DNA from: an uncultured Verrucomicrobiae bacterium
Lineage (GTDB): Bacteria; Verrucomicrobiota; Verrucomicrobiia; Opitutales; JABDGR01
DNA length: 64,000 nt
Assembly: GCA_963765205.1 (NCBI GenBank)
Contig: CAVXVB010000008.1
Location: forward strand, 1-64,000
Direction of reading: 5' to 3'
The position numbers and the translations under genes are program-made. Below the pieces are notes generated by a model that worked only from the letters and a program-made list of their open reading frames with translations, did no database searches and was not told the origin of the DNA. Shown in pieces: positions 23,966 through 35,195 of this stretch; position 1 is the stretch's first letter, and the number at the start of each line of letters is the position of its first letter.

Positions 23966-24547
23966 ATGACTCTCCGTCCCCTGCAGACTTGGTTTGAAAA
24001 AATGTCGTCGCGCGAGCGCGTCATGCTTCTGGGCTTTGCCTTGGGCGTGGTCGTCCTCTGGGGCAGCCTGTTGATTCGCCAAGGCAAAGCCTTGCAGACG
24101 GATGTCGCCGCCAAGAAGGCGATGCTGAAAAAACAGCAGGACACACTGAACCAAAAGCCCGGCGTCATGACCAAAATCGCCTATTACCAGGACAAATTCA
24201 AGACCTCCGTCTCGTCCACCGAACTCGTCAACCGCGTGACTGCTTATGGCCGGGATGCCCAGGTGCCGACGCCGGCCATCCAGTCCAGCCGCAACGACTC
24301 GAACAAGAAGGATAGCATCTTCAACGTGAACGCAGTCACCGTTCACTTCGTCAAGACGCCCTTCCGCAGCCTGGTGGATTTCACCTCGCGCGTGCTGGCC
24401 GACAAGCCCTATCTCATCATTGATGAATTGACCATGCAACCGGACCGCACCGACCCGCACCTGATGACGGGCGACGTGCAGGTTTGGGCGCTCGAACTCA
24501 AACCCGGCGCGCTGGACGTGTCGGCCACCCCCTCGGCGATCAAATAA
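23966..24547 (+). CDS. gspM: GspM/PilO-like protein
   Basis: MSSRERVMLL followed by a TM helix, typical GspM N-terminus. Confidence 0.72.
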   Translation: MTLRPLQTWFEKMSSRERVMLLGFALGVVVLWGSLLIRQGKALQTDVAAKKAMLKKQQDTLNQKPGVMTKIAYYQDKFKTSVSSTELVNRVTAYGRDAQVPTPAIQSSRNDSNKKDSIFNVNAVTVHFVKTPFRSLVDFTSRVLADKPYLIIDELTMQPDRTDPHLMTGDVQVWALELKPGALDVSATPSAIK

Positions 24548-24591
24548 CACCCCGCCTGATTTTCTACCTTTCAACCTCAATAAAGCTTCTC

Positions 24592-27319
24592 ATGTCCTCG
24601 TTACTGTCCACCTCCCTGCCCACGCGACGCCGCACCTCCGGCCTTGCGCAGATCATTCTCGCGCTTCTGGCGACCCTGCCGCTTCTGGCCCAGGCCCAGA
24701 GCACCCATCCCGCCGCCCAGCGCGCCGCCGCAGCCCGTCACGGTGCCCGCGGCCGGCGCTGCGGTGGCCGCTCCCGTTGCCACCGGTGGCCGCGGTGGCC
24801 GGCGTGGCGCCGGCGGTTTCGGCGGTGCCGGCGGTGTCGGTGGCGCTGGTGGAGCCTTTGGTCCCGGCGGCGGCGCGGGGGGAACGGGCGGCGGTGGCCG
24901 TGGAGGCCGCGGCGGTCGCGGCGGTTTCAACGGCGGCGTAGCGGCGGCTGCCGCTGACACGAGCAATGCGATTACCACCCAAGTGGCGCAGCCGGCGGGG
25001 GCCGCTCCAGGCGCCAATGGCGCCGTCGGCGGGAATCCTAATGCGGCCGGCGGGCCGCCCGTGCCAGTCGGGGTAGTGGGCGCCGTGCCCAATCCGGATG
25101 ATTTGATCATCGTCAACATGCCCGGCAATTCTTTCCAGGAAGTGCTCGAGTGGCTCCAGCGCAACACGGGCAAAATCATCCTCCAGGATCAGAACCTGCC
25201 CGTGGCCACCGGTTCGCGCATCATCTTCTCGACGGATGCCGGCCCGAACAACGCGCTGCCCCGCAAGGACGTGGTCAAAGCCGTGGAAACCTTGCTTTCC
25301 TTGAACGGTGTGGCCCTCGTCCCGATGGGGGACAACTTTCTCAAGGCGGAGGTGGCCAACAATGTCGCCGGCCTCGATATTCCGGAGGCGGATGACGCCT
25401 TGCTGCAAAATGGCGACCCGACCGGCATGATTTATGGCCATTTCTATCACTTGGATAACATCACTCCGGCCGCCGCAGTCGCACGCATCGCCCCTTTCCT
25501 GAGCCAGCACGGCACCATTGACCCCGTGGGTCTGGGCGGGGACAGCACCATCTTCGTGGCCGACACCTTGATTAACCTTCAGAAGGTCGCCGATATCCTC
25601 AAACACTTCGACCGGCCCGTGGGTGCGCAGGACGACATCATTTACCGCACCCTGGTCAACGCCAGCGCCCAAACGGTGGTCACCAACCTGACCGCCCTGG
25701 CGACCGGACCGCTCGTCAAATACTTTTCGACCGCCGCCGGTTCGGACAGCACGGCCGAAGCCGGCTGGGTCACCTCCTTTTCGGCCGACACGCGGACCAA
25801 TTCCGTCATCGTCGTCACCAAGAAGGCCAACCACGCCTTGGTCAAGACACTGCTCGATGAAATGGACATGGACGTGGACCCGACGACCAAAACGCAGGTG
25901 TTTTCCTTGAAACAGGCGGTCGCCAACACCACGGCCACGCTGTTGAACGCCGTGGTCACGGGTGTGCAAGGCGCCACGGGCGTGCGCGGCGGCGCGACGG
26001 GCGCGGGCGCGGCGGCGGGCGGCGCGGCGGCGGCGGCGGCTCCGGCGGCGGCGCGGGACCAGCAGTTCAGCCCCTATGTCACCATCCAATCGGACGTGCG
26101 CACCAACTCCATCGTCGCCTATGGCACGCCTTCCGACCTGCGCCAAATCGGCAGTTTGATTGACCAGGTGGACATCGTTCTGCCGCAGGTGCATATTGAC
26201 GCGGTGGTGACGGAAGTAACCCTCACCAAGGACCAGGCCACGGGCTTGTCCTCCTTCAATGTAAATTACGGCTTCAACCCGGCCAACGGCACGACTAACG
26301 CGACCGTCGGCGGCCCGAAAACGTATGGCGCATCCGGCCCCACGGCGGAAAGCGGCGTCACCACGCCAGCCTTTACCATCAACGGCATTCTCACCGGCTG
26401 GAATTTGCAGACCATCTTCAACGTGGCCCAGCAAAATAGCAACGTCAAGGTGCTGTCCAACCCCTCCATCACCATCACGCATAATGCCCTGGGCTTGATC
26501 AGCGTCGGCGAGCGGATCCCGACCATCTCCAGCTCCACCGTGAGCATCGGCACGACCGTCACCCCGACGACGACCAATGCGATCTCCTACACCAATGTGA
26601 CCATCGAGTTGCAGGTCGTCCCCTTCATCGGCAAGGACGGCAGCGTGTATATGAACATTTCCCAGAATGTGTCGGACGTGGTGTCGGAAGTGTCCATCAA
26701 CGGCAACGACAATCCCATCATTGGCACGCGCGATATCACCTCCTTTGTGACGGTGCATGACGGCGATGTCCTGGTGCTGGGCGGCCTGCGCCAGCGCAGT
26801 GTCAGCTCCACGCACGGCATCATGTTCCTGCTGGGCGAAATCCCCATCATTGGCGGGATTTTCCAGCCGGACACCTATGACTCCAGCCAGAGCGAGTTGA
26901 TTGTTTTCATCAAGCCGACCATCATCAAAAGCTCCCCGGATGCCGAGGAAATGGGCGCGGAAATGGCCCAGAATTCCCCCGCCAGCGCGCTGACCGTCAA
27001 ATACCTGCGCGACCACAATCTCGACAGCGATGACTTGGAACAAGGCACGCCTTACGCGGCCCCTACGATACTCAATCCCGCCAAAAGCCCCCCGTCGGAC
27101 GATCACACGCCGCATCCGGCCCCCACCCCGCCCGCACCCGCCGCGCCCATGGTCCCGGCCGCGGCACCCGCCGCCGCGGAAACTCCGGCCCCGGCCTCTT
27201 CGCCGCCACCCGTCCCGGTCTCATCCGCTTCGACCCCGCCGGCTGAACCCCCCTCCGTTTTATCCTCGCCTGCGGTTCCAGCGCAACCAACCATCAGTTC
27301 CGGGGGTTTTAATAAATAG
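24592..27319 (+). CDS. gspD: T2SS secretin GspD (frameshift near 24705)
   Basis: Signal peptide, ADTRTNSVIV and SDVRTNSIV N-domains, QVHIDAVVTEV, VLVLGGL, LGEIPIIGGIF, ELIVFIKPTII. Confidence 0.92.
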
Positions 27320-27381
27320 GTCGGCCACTGGCTCGTGTCTTGCGCGCCTGCATACTTTTCCACAATTTAATTCCCAATACG

Positions 27382-28473
27382 ATGAAAACCACTCCTTGCT
27401 TGTCGGTTTCCCAGATTCTGCGTCACCGCTTCACAGTCGGTGCCTTGGCCGGGCTTGCCGCGGGGTTGTTTCCCACCGTTTCCACGGCCTTTGGCCAGGC
27501 CGCGCCGGCCGCGCCGGCGCCCACGCCCAGCCCGGCGCCTGTCACTGCGGCACCCGCTGCGGCCGCATCGAGTGCCGCGCCCGCTGCCGCCACTACGGAA
27601 CCCGCCGCGGCTCCGGCCGTGGTCGTGCCTGTTGCGGCCCAACCCCCGTCGGCTTCCGGCGCGCTGGCCAGCGTGGTGAATGATAACGACCCTTATGTGC
27701 CCGCCAATTGGACCGCACCGGTTGCACCCACGCAGGTTGCGCGCATTACCGCGCCGGTGGCCGTGAATGTGCAATACCGCGGCTTCTCCGTGGAAGGCGA
27801 CAAAACCTACTTTGATGTTTGGGATATCCGCGGCACGCAGGGCCATTGGATGTTGATGAACGACACTTGGGCGGTTCCGGGCGGCGGCACGGTGCAAATC
27901 ACTGGCGTAGCCAATGAAGGCAAGACGGTGATCGTGAATACCGGCGGCCGCCAGGGCGTGTCGGTGGATCTGTATAAGCCCGTCAACAATCTTTACCAAC
28001 CCGTGCCCATTGCCGGGCAAGCTGCCCCGCTCATCGTGGGCGCGGCTGTCGGTGGCCGCCGGGGTGGTGGCGGTGGCTTTGGTGGTGGCGGTGGTGGGCT
28101 GGGCGGTGGCGGGCTGGGCGGCGGCGGCTTTGCAGGTGGTGGTGCGGCTGGCGCCAACGGCACGGGCGGTGGCGGACGCCGTGGCGGTGGTGGTGGCGCA
28201 GGCGGTCTGGGCGGCGGCGGCGGTGTCGGCGGTGGTGGCTTCGGCGGCGCCGGTGGTGGTGCCGGTGGCGGCGGCTTCGGTGGTGGTGCTGGTGGTGGCT
28301 TCGGCGGTGGCGCCGGTGGCGGTGGCTTTGGTGGTGGTTTTGGCGGTGGTGGTGGTGCGGGCGTGGGCGGCGGCGCCAATAATGCCGGACTCACGGGCGG
28401 CACAACGACGGCGGCCGGCGCCGGTGGCGGCGGTGCCACACGTCGGCAACTCGCCACGCCAACTGGCGGTTAA
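27382..28473 (+). CDS. Exported Ala/Pro- and Gly-rich protein with small beta domain (possible GspC/PilP-like)
   Basis: Signal-like N-terminus, ~70-aa beta-rich core, long poly-Gly tail; located between gspD and gspE. Confidence 0.5.
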   Translation: MKTTPCLSVSQILRHRFTVGALAGLAAGLFPTVSTAFGQAAPAAPAPTPSPAPVTAAPAAAASSAAPAAATTEPAAAPAVVVPVAAQPPSASGALASVVNDNDPYVPANWTAPVAPTQVARITAPVAVNVQYRGFSVEGDKTYFDVWDIRGTQGHWMLMNDTWAVPGGGTVQITGVANEGKTVIVNTGGRQGVSVDLYKPVNNLYQPVPIAGQAAPLIVGAAVGGRRGGGGGFGGGGGGLGGGGLGGGGFAGGGAAGANGTGGGGRRGGGGGAGGLGGGGGVGGGGFGGAGGGAGGGGFGGGAGGGFGGGAGGGGFGGGFGGGGGAGVGGGANNAGLTGGTTTAAGAGGGGATRRQLATPTGG

Positions 28474-28532
28474 TTTTCACCCTTTGGATGGACAACGACA
28501 CCGTTTTTGACCGTCCTTTTTCCTTTTTCCCG

Positions 28533-30300
28533 ATGCCTCTTACTGCTTCCCAATTCTCACCGCTGGCGGACTGGCTGGCCCAACTCGACGACGAAAAGCA
28601 GGCTTCCCTGCGCGACACGCCGCTGGCCGACCGGCAACGCCGCTTGGCCGATCTGACCGCCACCACCCCGGCGGAGGTGCTCAAGCGCCTGTGCGAGCTG
28701 ACCAAGCTGCCGCACACCGAGGTGATCAAGCTGATCCCGAGTCCGACCAAGACTGTCCCGCTGCGCCTGGTTCACGAATACCAATGCCTGCCCATTGAAA
28801 ACGACCAATTGGCCCCCGATGAAGTGGCGCTGGTGACAGTCTGGCCCCCGGAACCGCATTGGGATAACTGGATCCGCGCCGTCACGGGCAAGCGCGCCGT
28901 CTGGTCGCTCGGCCCGGCGGAAGTCATTGCCAATACCGTCACCCAAAACTTCGGTGTCGGCGCGGGCAGCCTGGATGACTCCGACCTTTCCGGCATCGCC
29001 GAGGAGAAGGACGAAGAGGAGGAGGACGAGAACGCCGCCATCATCCGCTTCGTCAATGAGGTCGTTGGCAAAGCCGTGCAAGACCGCGCGACGGACATTC
29101 ACTTTGAGCCGGGCAAGGATGTGCTGGTCATTCGTTACCGCATTGACGGCAATCTCGTGCCCGTCCGCGTGCCGGACAACCTGGTGCGCGTGCAGAGCGC
29201 CATCATTGCGCGCATCAAGATCATGGCGCGCCTGAACATTTCCGAACGCCGCCGCCCGCAGGACGGCCGCATTGGCTTCTCCTCCGGCGGCGAGGGCGAT
29301 ATTGATATCCGCGTCTCGACCCTGCCCACCCTCTACGGTGAAAGCGTGAGCCTGCGCCTTTTGCAGCAAAGCTCCCAGCCGCTGTCCATCGAGGAACTCG
29401 GCTTCCTGCCGGAAGACATCGCCAAGATGGAGCCGGCGCTCAAGCGCCCGCACGGCATCATCCTCATCACCGGCCCGACCGGTTCCGGCAAGAGCACGAC
29501 CCTGACCGCCTTCATCCGCAAAGTGCGCAACCCGGAATTGCGCATCATCACCGTCGAGGACCCCGTCGAATACGAAGTGCCGGGCATCAACCAGACCCAG
29601 GTGCATGCGGAAATCGGCCTCACTTTCGCCAATGCGCTGCGCACCGTGCTGCGCCAGGACCCCGACGTCATCATGGTCGGTGAAATTCGTGACCGCGAAA
29701 CGGCCGACATCGCCATCCGCGCCTCGCTGACGGGCCACTTGGTGCTCGAGTACGGTGCATACCAATGACGCCCCGGGCGCCGTCACCCGCCTCATTGACA
29801 TGGGCCTCGAACCGTTCCTGATCGCGTCGTCACTCGAAATGGTGGTCGCCCAGCGCCTCGTGCGCCGCTTGTGCCAGGTGTGCAAGCAGCCCTCGGACGA
29901 CTCCATCGCTTTTGTCGGCGGTTGCCTGGTCGCCCTGAAAATTGATCCCAAGGAAATTGCCTTCGCCCATCAATTATGCAAGCCGGTCGGGTGCGAATCC
30001 TGCCGCGGCCTCGGCTTCCGCGGTCGCATTGTGCTGGCCGAAGTGCTGCATATTGACGAAGGTGTGCATGACCTCATCCTCAAGCGTTCCTCGGCCCAGG
30101 AAATCCGCCATTACGCCGTGGATCATGGCATGCGCAGCCTCACCCTTTGTGGCTGGGAACTTTGCAAGCGCGGCCTGACCGCCCTCACCGAGGTCATGGA
30201 CTATGCGGAAATGATGGAATCCGAAGAACAAACCCCCGCCATCGTGGAAGCATCCCCTGTTGCGGAGCCAGCCGCGGAACCGGACGCCAAGCCCGCCTGA
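28533..30300 (+). CDS. gspE: T2SS ATPase GspE (frameshift near 29750)
   Basis: [40 protein letters not shown], two CxxC. Confidence 0.95.
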
Positions 30301-30439
30301 TTTTTTGCGGGTTTAACCACCGCACCCGTCTTTCGGCCCCGCACCTGCCCCCACCTTGGAACCGACCGCAGTTCCCGGTGCCAACCCACCCCGTCTTTTT
30401 TTCTTCAATTCAACCGGCCCCTTCGCCATTCTATCCACC

Positions 30440-31732
30440 ATGCCGACCTTCACGTATCGCGCCATGAACCCCAAGGGCGAGACGCAAACCGGCGTCATGG
30501 AAGCCCCGAACCGGGGTGCCGTTATCCAGCGCCTGCGGCTGAGCCAGTTGCGCCCGGTGGACATCACCACCAAGGGCGGCGCCGCGGCCGCCGAGGCGGT
30601 GGCCACCGCCAAGGGTTCCATAGTGCCGGAGACGACCGCGCAAGGCAAGCCCAGCGGACCGCCCAAATTGTTGGAGCCGGAAGAGTTCAAGGGCGGCAAG
30701 AACGCGCTGGCGTTCCTGAAAAAATTATACCAACTCAACGGCGGCGGCATGCCGCTGGGCGATTCCATCCGCCTGTTAAGTGTGCGCGTGAGCGACCCCA
30801 AGCAGGCCTCCATCGCCAACCGGTTGTGGAAGGACATCAGTGAGGGCCGCACCTTCGCCAACGCGCTGCGTAATTATCCCAAGAGCTTTGACACGGCGAC
30901 CGTCCATCTCGTGGAAGCGGGCGAAACTACTGGCAATCTGATCCCGGTGCTCAAGAACGTCATTGATAATCTCGAAGAGCAGGCGGGTTTGCGCAAGAAA
31001 ATCATGGGCGGCCTGGCCTACCCGTTGTTCATTTGCACCCTCGCCTTCGGCGTCATGCTGCTGTTCCTGTATTTTCTGCTGCCCCGCATTTCCGACATGA
31101 TGAAGAGCATGGGCGGCCAGATGAATTTCCTGACGGCCATGCTCATCAGTGTCTCGTCGTTTGCCGCCCGCTGGGGTTGGGCCGTGATGCTCGTGGTGGG
31201 CATCGTGGCCGTGGCCATTTACCGCTGGCGCAAAACCCCGGAAGGCCGCGCCGCCACCGACGGCTGGGTGCTGAAGATCCCGTTCTTGAAAACCATTTTC
31301 TATAATGTGGACATCTGCCACATCTCCAATCTTTGCGCCACGCTGCTCGAAAGCGGCCTGAATACCACCGAGACCTTGCGGATGACCGAACGCACCGTGA
31401 CCAACACCAAAATCCAGGCGCGCTTTAACGCCGCGCGCGGGCTTATTAACGACGGCGCCTCGTTCTCCAACGCCTTCCGCCGCTACGCCGTGCTCCCGGA
31501 CTTGGACCTCGACCTGCTCTCCGTCGGTGAAAACACCGGTAACATCGCGAAAAGCTTCCGCGAAATCTACAAAATGCACAGCCAGCAATTGACCGAACAG
31601 TTCCAGTTGCTCACCATCGTCATCACCGGCGGCGCGCTCGGCACGGCGTTCATCCTCGTCGCCATCCTCGCCGTCAGCATCGTCCTGAGCGTGTTGGGCA
31701 TGAGCAAATCCCTCCTCGGCGGGCATCACTAG
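30440..31732 (+). CDS. gspF: T2SS platform protein GspF
   Basis: MPTFTYRA, AGETTGNL, GLAYP, VGENTGNI. Confidence 0.93.
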   Translation: MPTFTYRAMNPKGETQTGVMEAPNRGAVIQRLRLSQLRPVDITTKGGAAAAEAVATAKGSIVPETTAQGKPSGPPKLLEPEEFKGGKNALAFLKKLYQLNGGGMPLGDSIRLLSVRVSDPKQASIANRLWKDISEGRTFANALRNYPKSFDTATVHLVEAGETTGNLIPVLKNVIDNLEEQAGLRKKIMGGLAYPLFICTLAFGVMLLFLYFLLPRISDMMKSMGGQMNFLTAMLISVSSFAARWGWAVMLVVGIVAVAIYRWRKTPEGRAATDGWVLKIPFLKTIFYNVDICHISNLCATLLESGLNTTETLRMTERTVTNTKIQARFNAARGLINDGASFSNAFRRYAVLPDLDLDLLSVGENTGNIAKSFREIYKMHSQQLTEQFQLLTIVITGGALGTAFILVAILAVSIVLSVLGMSKSLLGGHH

Positions 31733-31737
31733 GCGGT

Positions 31738-32046
31738 TCAAGCGCGCGCGACGGGAGTCTTTTCGATGCGGCGGGCGAGTTCGACATCCAAGGCGGTCAC
31801 GCGCCCGCCGGCGTCGTGGGTGTTGAGGCCCAGCTCGACTTTGTTGTAAACGTTCTTGATTTCAGGATGGTGGTCGAGACCCTCGGCTTCGAAGCCAACG
31901 CGGACGAGGAACGTCAGCGCGTCGCGAAAATTCTTAAATTGGAAGTGTTTGACCAGCTTATGGCCGGTGAAGGCCCAGCCGGGCAAATCGGCGAGGGCGG
32001 CGTGGACTTCGGCGTCGGTCAGAGGATGGCGGGGGAGTTTGTTCAT
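31738..32046 (-). CDS. phhB: Pterin-4-alpha-carbinolamine dehydratase
   Basis: DHHPEI, NTHDAGG...DVELA. Confidence 0.9.
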   Translation of the reverse strand: MNKLPRHPLTDAEVHAALADLPGWAFTGHKLVKHFQFKNFRDALTFLVRVGFEAEGLDHHPEIKNVYNKVELGLNTHDAGGRVTALDVELARRIEKTPVARA

Positions 32047-32057
32047 GGGGGGAAATC

Positions 32058-32177
32058 AACATCCAATATCGAACTTTCAACTTCCAACATCCAATGTTGA
32101 AAATTGCAGCGGTGAGGCTGGAATTTGAAATTTTAGATTTGAGATTTCAGAGTTGGATGTTCGATGTTGAATATTCG
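32058..32177. repeat. Heptamer tandem/inverted repeat element
   Basis: aacatcc aatatcg aactttc aacttcc aacatcc ... atgttcg atgttga atattcg. Confidence 0.8.
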
Positions 32178-32180
32178 CGG

Positions 32181-33182
32181 TCAGTCCTCGACTTTTAATT
32201 CCCGCCCCATGAGGCGCTGGATGGTCTGGCGCGGGTCGCGGCCGGCATACAGGAGGGCGTGAACTTCAGCAAGGATGGGGGCGTCAATTTTTTCACGCTG
32301 GCAAAGGGCGGCAAAGGCGGCGGTGGCGCCGTAACCCTCGACCACAGTGGGGCGCTCGCGCAGCAAAGCGGCGGGCGACTGGCCGCGCGCAATATCCTCG
32401 CCAAACGTGCGGTTGCGGCTCCAGCGCCCATTGCAGGTGGCGACAAAGTCGCCGAAGCCGCCCAAGCCGTAGAAGGTCGCCGTTTGGCCGCCGAGGCGCA
32501 CCCCGAGGACAGTCATTTCATGAAGCGCGCGGGTGAGGTAGGCGGCCTTGGCGTTGTCGCCCAAGCCCAGGCCGTCGCACAAGCCTGCGCCGATGGCGTA
32601 AATATTTTTAAGCGCGGCGGCGGCTTCGACGCCGATGACATCGCGTGTACGATAAACCCGCAGCGTGGGGCTGCTGAGGGCGGTTTGCACCCGGCAGGCG
32701 CGTTCCTCGGCAACCTGGGTGGCGAGCACTACGGCCGTGGGTTGTCCGGCGGCGACCTCGGCAGCGTGGGAGGGGCCCGAGAGCACCGCCGTCTCCGCGT
32801 CGGGAATTACCTCGGCCACAATCGCACAAGGGAGTTGGAAAGTGCCCATTTCCATGCCCTTGCAGAGCGTGATGAACATGGGCTTGGCCCAAGCGGTGTC
32901 CAGTTGCGCCCGGACGGATTGGGCCAGGGCACGCAGGCCACGCATCGGGCAGGCGAGCAGCACCACTTCAGCCTCCATGAGTGCGGGGCGGATTTCGAGG
33001 CCGATTTGCAAGCTGGGCGGCAGCTTGAAGCCGGGCAGGTAGGCCCGGTTCTCGCGCGCGGCGGCAAGCTCGAGGGCGGCTTCGAGACGACGGGGCACGA
33101 GGGTGACAACGTGGCCGGCGCGGTCGCAATGCAACGCAAGCGCCGTGCCCCAAGCCCCGGCTCCAAGTATGGTGACGTTCAT
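32181..33182 (-). CDS. gpsA: NAD(P)H-dependent glycerol-3-phosphate dehydrogenase
   Basis: GAGAWGTALA, LSGPSHA, LKNIYAI, LGDNAKA, SRNR. Confidence 0.95.
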   Translation of the reverse strand: MNVTILGAGAWGTALALHCDRAGHVVTLVPRRLEAALELAAARENRAYLPGFKLPPSLQIGLEIRPALMEAEVVLLACPMRGLRALAQSVRAQLDTAWAKPMFITLCKGMEMGTFQLPCAIVAEVIPDAETAVLSGPSHAAEVAAGQPTAVVLATQVAEERACRVQTALSSPTLRVYRTRDVIGVEAAAALKNIYAIGAGLCDGLGLGDNAKAAYLTRALHEMTVLGVRLGGQTATFYGLGGFGDFVATCNGRWSRNRTFGEDIARGQSPAALLRERPTVVEGYGATAAFAALCQREKIDAPILAEVHALLYAGRDPRQTIQRLMGRELKVED

Positions 33183-33328
33183 CCAGTGCCAGTAAAGGCG
33201 ACCGGCCGCGCCCCGCCAAGCTGTAAACATCGACGCGGGCTGGGACAAAATCCGCAACATTACACGCTTGTTATGCGTTTCAAAAAGCGATGAAATCAAG
33301 GGGCTGGCGCGTTTCCCGCCCACTTCCG

Positions 33329-35098
33329 ATGAAACCTGCGTTGATTCAACTCGCCTTGTCGCTCTTGGCCGGGCTGGCTGCGCCAAATATTTACGGCGCG
33401 GCAGCGCGCCCGCCCGCCCCGCCACTGCCGGATTTGAGCAACTACATTCTTACTCCGCGGGAGCCGCACACCCCACGCATCAATGGCCCGAATATTTACG
33501 GCGAGCGTCCGGGCCGCCCCTTTCTCTACACCATTCCCGCCACCGGCGACCGACCTATGACGTTTGCGGCGGACGGCATGCCCACCGGCTTGACGCTTGA
33601 CCCGAACACCGGCCAAATTTCCGGCGTGGCCGCCACGGCGGGAACTTACGCCGTGACCTTGACGGCTGAAAATGCCCTAGGCAAAGCCACGCGTAATTTC
33701 AAGATCGTCATTGGCGAGCAAATCGCGCTGACTCCGCCGATGGGTTGGAACAGTTGGAACTCCTGGGCTGGCAATGTGGATCAGGACAAGGTGCTGCAAT
33801 CGGCCAAAATTCTCGTTTCGTCCGGCCTCGCCAACCATGGCTGGACCTACGTCAACATTGACGACACCTGGCAAGGCATGCGCACCGGGCCGGACCACGC
33901 GCTGCTGGCCAATGACAAATTCCCCGATATGAAGGGCTTGTGCGCCCAAATCCACCAAATGGGCCTGAAGGCGGGGATTTACTCGACACCGTGGATCACC
34001 TCTTACGCCAGCTTTGGCGGCGGCTCGAGTGACGACCCGGACGGCGTGTGGGACCGGGCCGTCCAGGCCAACGGAAATTTTCACCACATCGGCATGTATC
34101 ATTTCGTCACCCCCGATGCCAAGCAATGGGCGGACTGGGGTTTCGACTACCTCAAATACGACTGGAATCCAAACGACACCGCCAGTACCGGCGAGATGGG
34201 TGGCGCCTTGCGGCAGTGCGGACGCGACATCGTCTTCAGCTTGTCCAACGCGGCGCCGATTAACCACGCGGCCGACTGGGCCAGCCTGGCCAACTGCTGG
34301 CGCACCACCGGCGACATCGGAGACTTGTGGGGCCGCGCGGCGGACTACCACCACGGCGTTGCGGAAATTGGCTTCGGGCAGGATCAGTGGGCGCCCTATG
34401 CCGGCCCGGGCCATTGGAACGACACGGATATGTTGGTGGTGGGTTATGTGAGCGTCGGTTCGCCCATTCACGCCACACGGTTGACGCCGGATGAGCAATA
34501 CACGCATGTCAGCCTATGGTGTCTGCTCTCCGCGCCGCTGCTCATTGGCTGCGAGATGGACAAGCTCGACGCCTTTACTTTGAGCCTGCTGACCAATGAC
34601 GAAGTCCTGGCGGTGGACCAGGACGCCTTGGGGAAAGCCGCCGTGCGGGTTTCCGGCCCGCCGTTTCAACCGCCGCCGCCCGTGGGTGGCCGGGGCGGGC
34701 CGCCGCCACCCACCAGCGAGTTGTCCTTTCCGGAGCAAATCGCCATCAGCGACGCCTTGCGCAAGGCCCTCTCCGACGCCGACCCGGAGGCGAAAAACAT
34801 TCTCGATCGGTATCCGAACTACACCCTGCTCTCGAACGTGAACATGCGTAATAATCCCGGTGGCAATGGCCTGGTGTATGCCAAACCGCTCGAAGACGGT
34901 TCCCTCGCCGTCGGGCTGTTCAACGTTGGCCCGCGCCCGGGCAAAGTCACCGCCGCCTGGGCGGATCTGGGCCTGGCGGGACGACGCCTGGTGCGCGACC
35001 TCTGGCGGCAGCAGGATCTCGGCACGTTTGACACCGAGTTTTCCGCGATGGTGCCGGCGCACGGGGTGCTGCTGGTGAAAATCAAGCCCGCGCCCTGA
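33329..35098 (+). CDS. Secreted GH27 alpha-galactosidase with N-terminal Ig-like (He_PIG) domain
   Basis: GLTLDPNTGQISG, TPPMGWNSWN, NIDDTWQ, DYLKYDW, WRTTGDI. Confidence 0.92.
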   Translation: MKPALIQLALSLLAGLAAPNIYGAAARPPAPPLPDLSNYILTPREPHTPRINGPNIYGERPGRPFLYTIPATGDRPMTFAADGMPTGLTLDPNTGQISGVAATAGTYAVTLTAENALGKATRNFKIVIGEQIALTPPMGWNSWNSWAGNVDQDKVLQSAKILVSSGLANHGWTYVNIDDTWQGMRTGPDHALLANDKFPDMKGLCAQIHQMGLKAGIYSTPWITSYASFGGGSSDDPDGVWDRAVQANGNFHHIGMYHFVTPDAKQWADWGFDYLKYDWNPNDTASTGEMGGALRQCGRDIVFSLSNAAPINHAADWASLANCWRTTGDIGDLWGRAADYHHGVAEIGFGQDQWAPYAGPGHWNDTDMLVVGYVSVGSPIHATRLTPDEQYTHVSLWCLLSAPLLIGCEMDKLDAFTLSLLTNDEVLAVDQDALGKAAVRVSGPPFQPPPPVGGRGGPPPPTSELSFPEQIAISDALRKALSDADPEAKNILDRYPNYTLLSNVNMRNNPGGNGLVYAKPLEDGSLAVGLFNVGPRPGKVTAAWADLGLAGRRLVRDLWRQQDLGTFDTEFSAMVPAHGVLLVKIKPAP

Positions 35099-35195
35099 AG
35101 GGAAGTGAGTAGCGCCCTCCCGTGGTGATTTCAGCTTGATGTAAACAGGATTTTACGCCGTCATCCGGGTTCACGCGCACGCGCATTTTTCCTTT

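Noticed and set aside
19915..28457. Long minus-strand and poly-Pro ORFs (19915-21978, 21279-21959, 22603-24174, 24653-27115, 27993-28457)
   Set aside because: Antisense shadows of GC-rich and poly-Gly gsp genes; no motifs of their own
17658..31732. Type IV pilus or competence locus instead of T2SS
   Set aside because: GspG-type C-terminus, GspK and GspD-type N-domains present and no PilT, favouring T2SS
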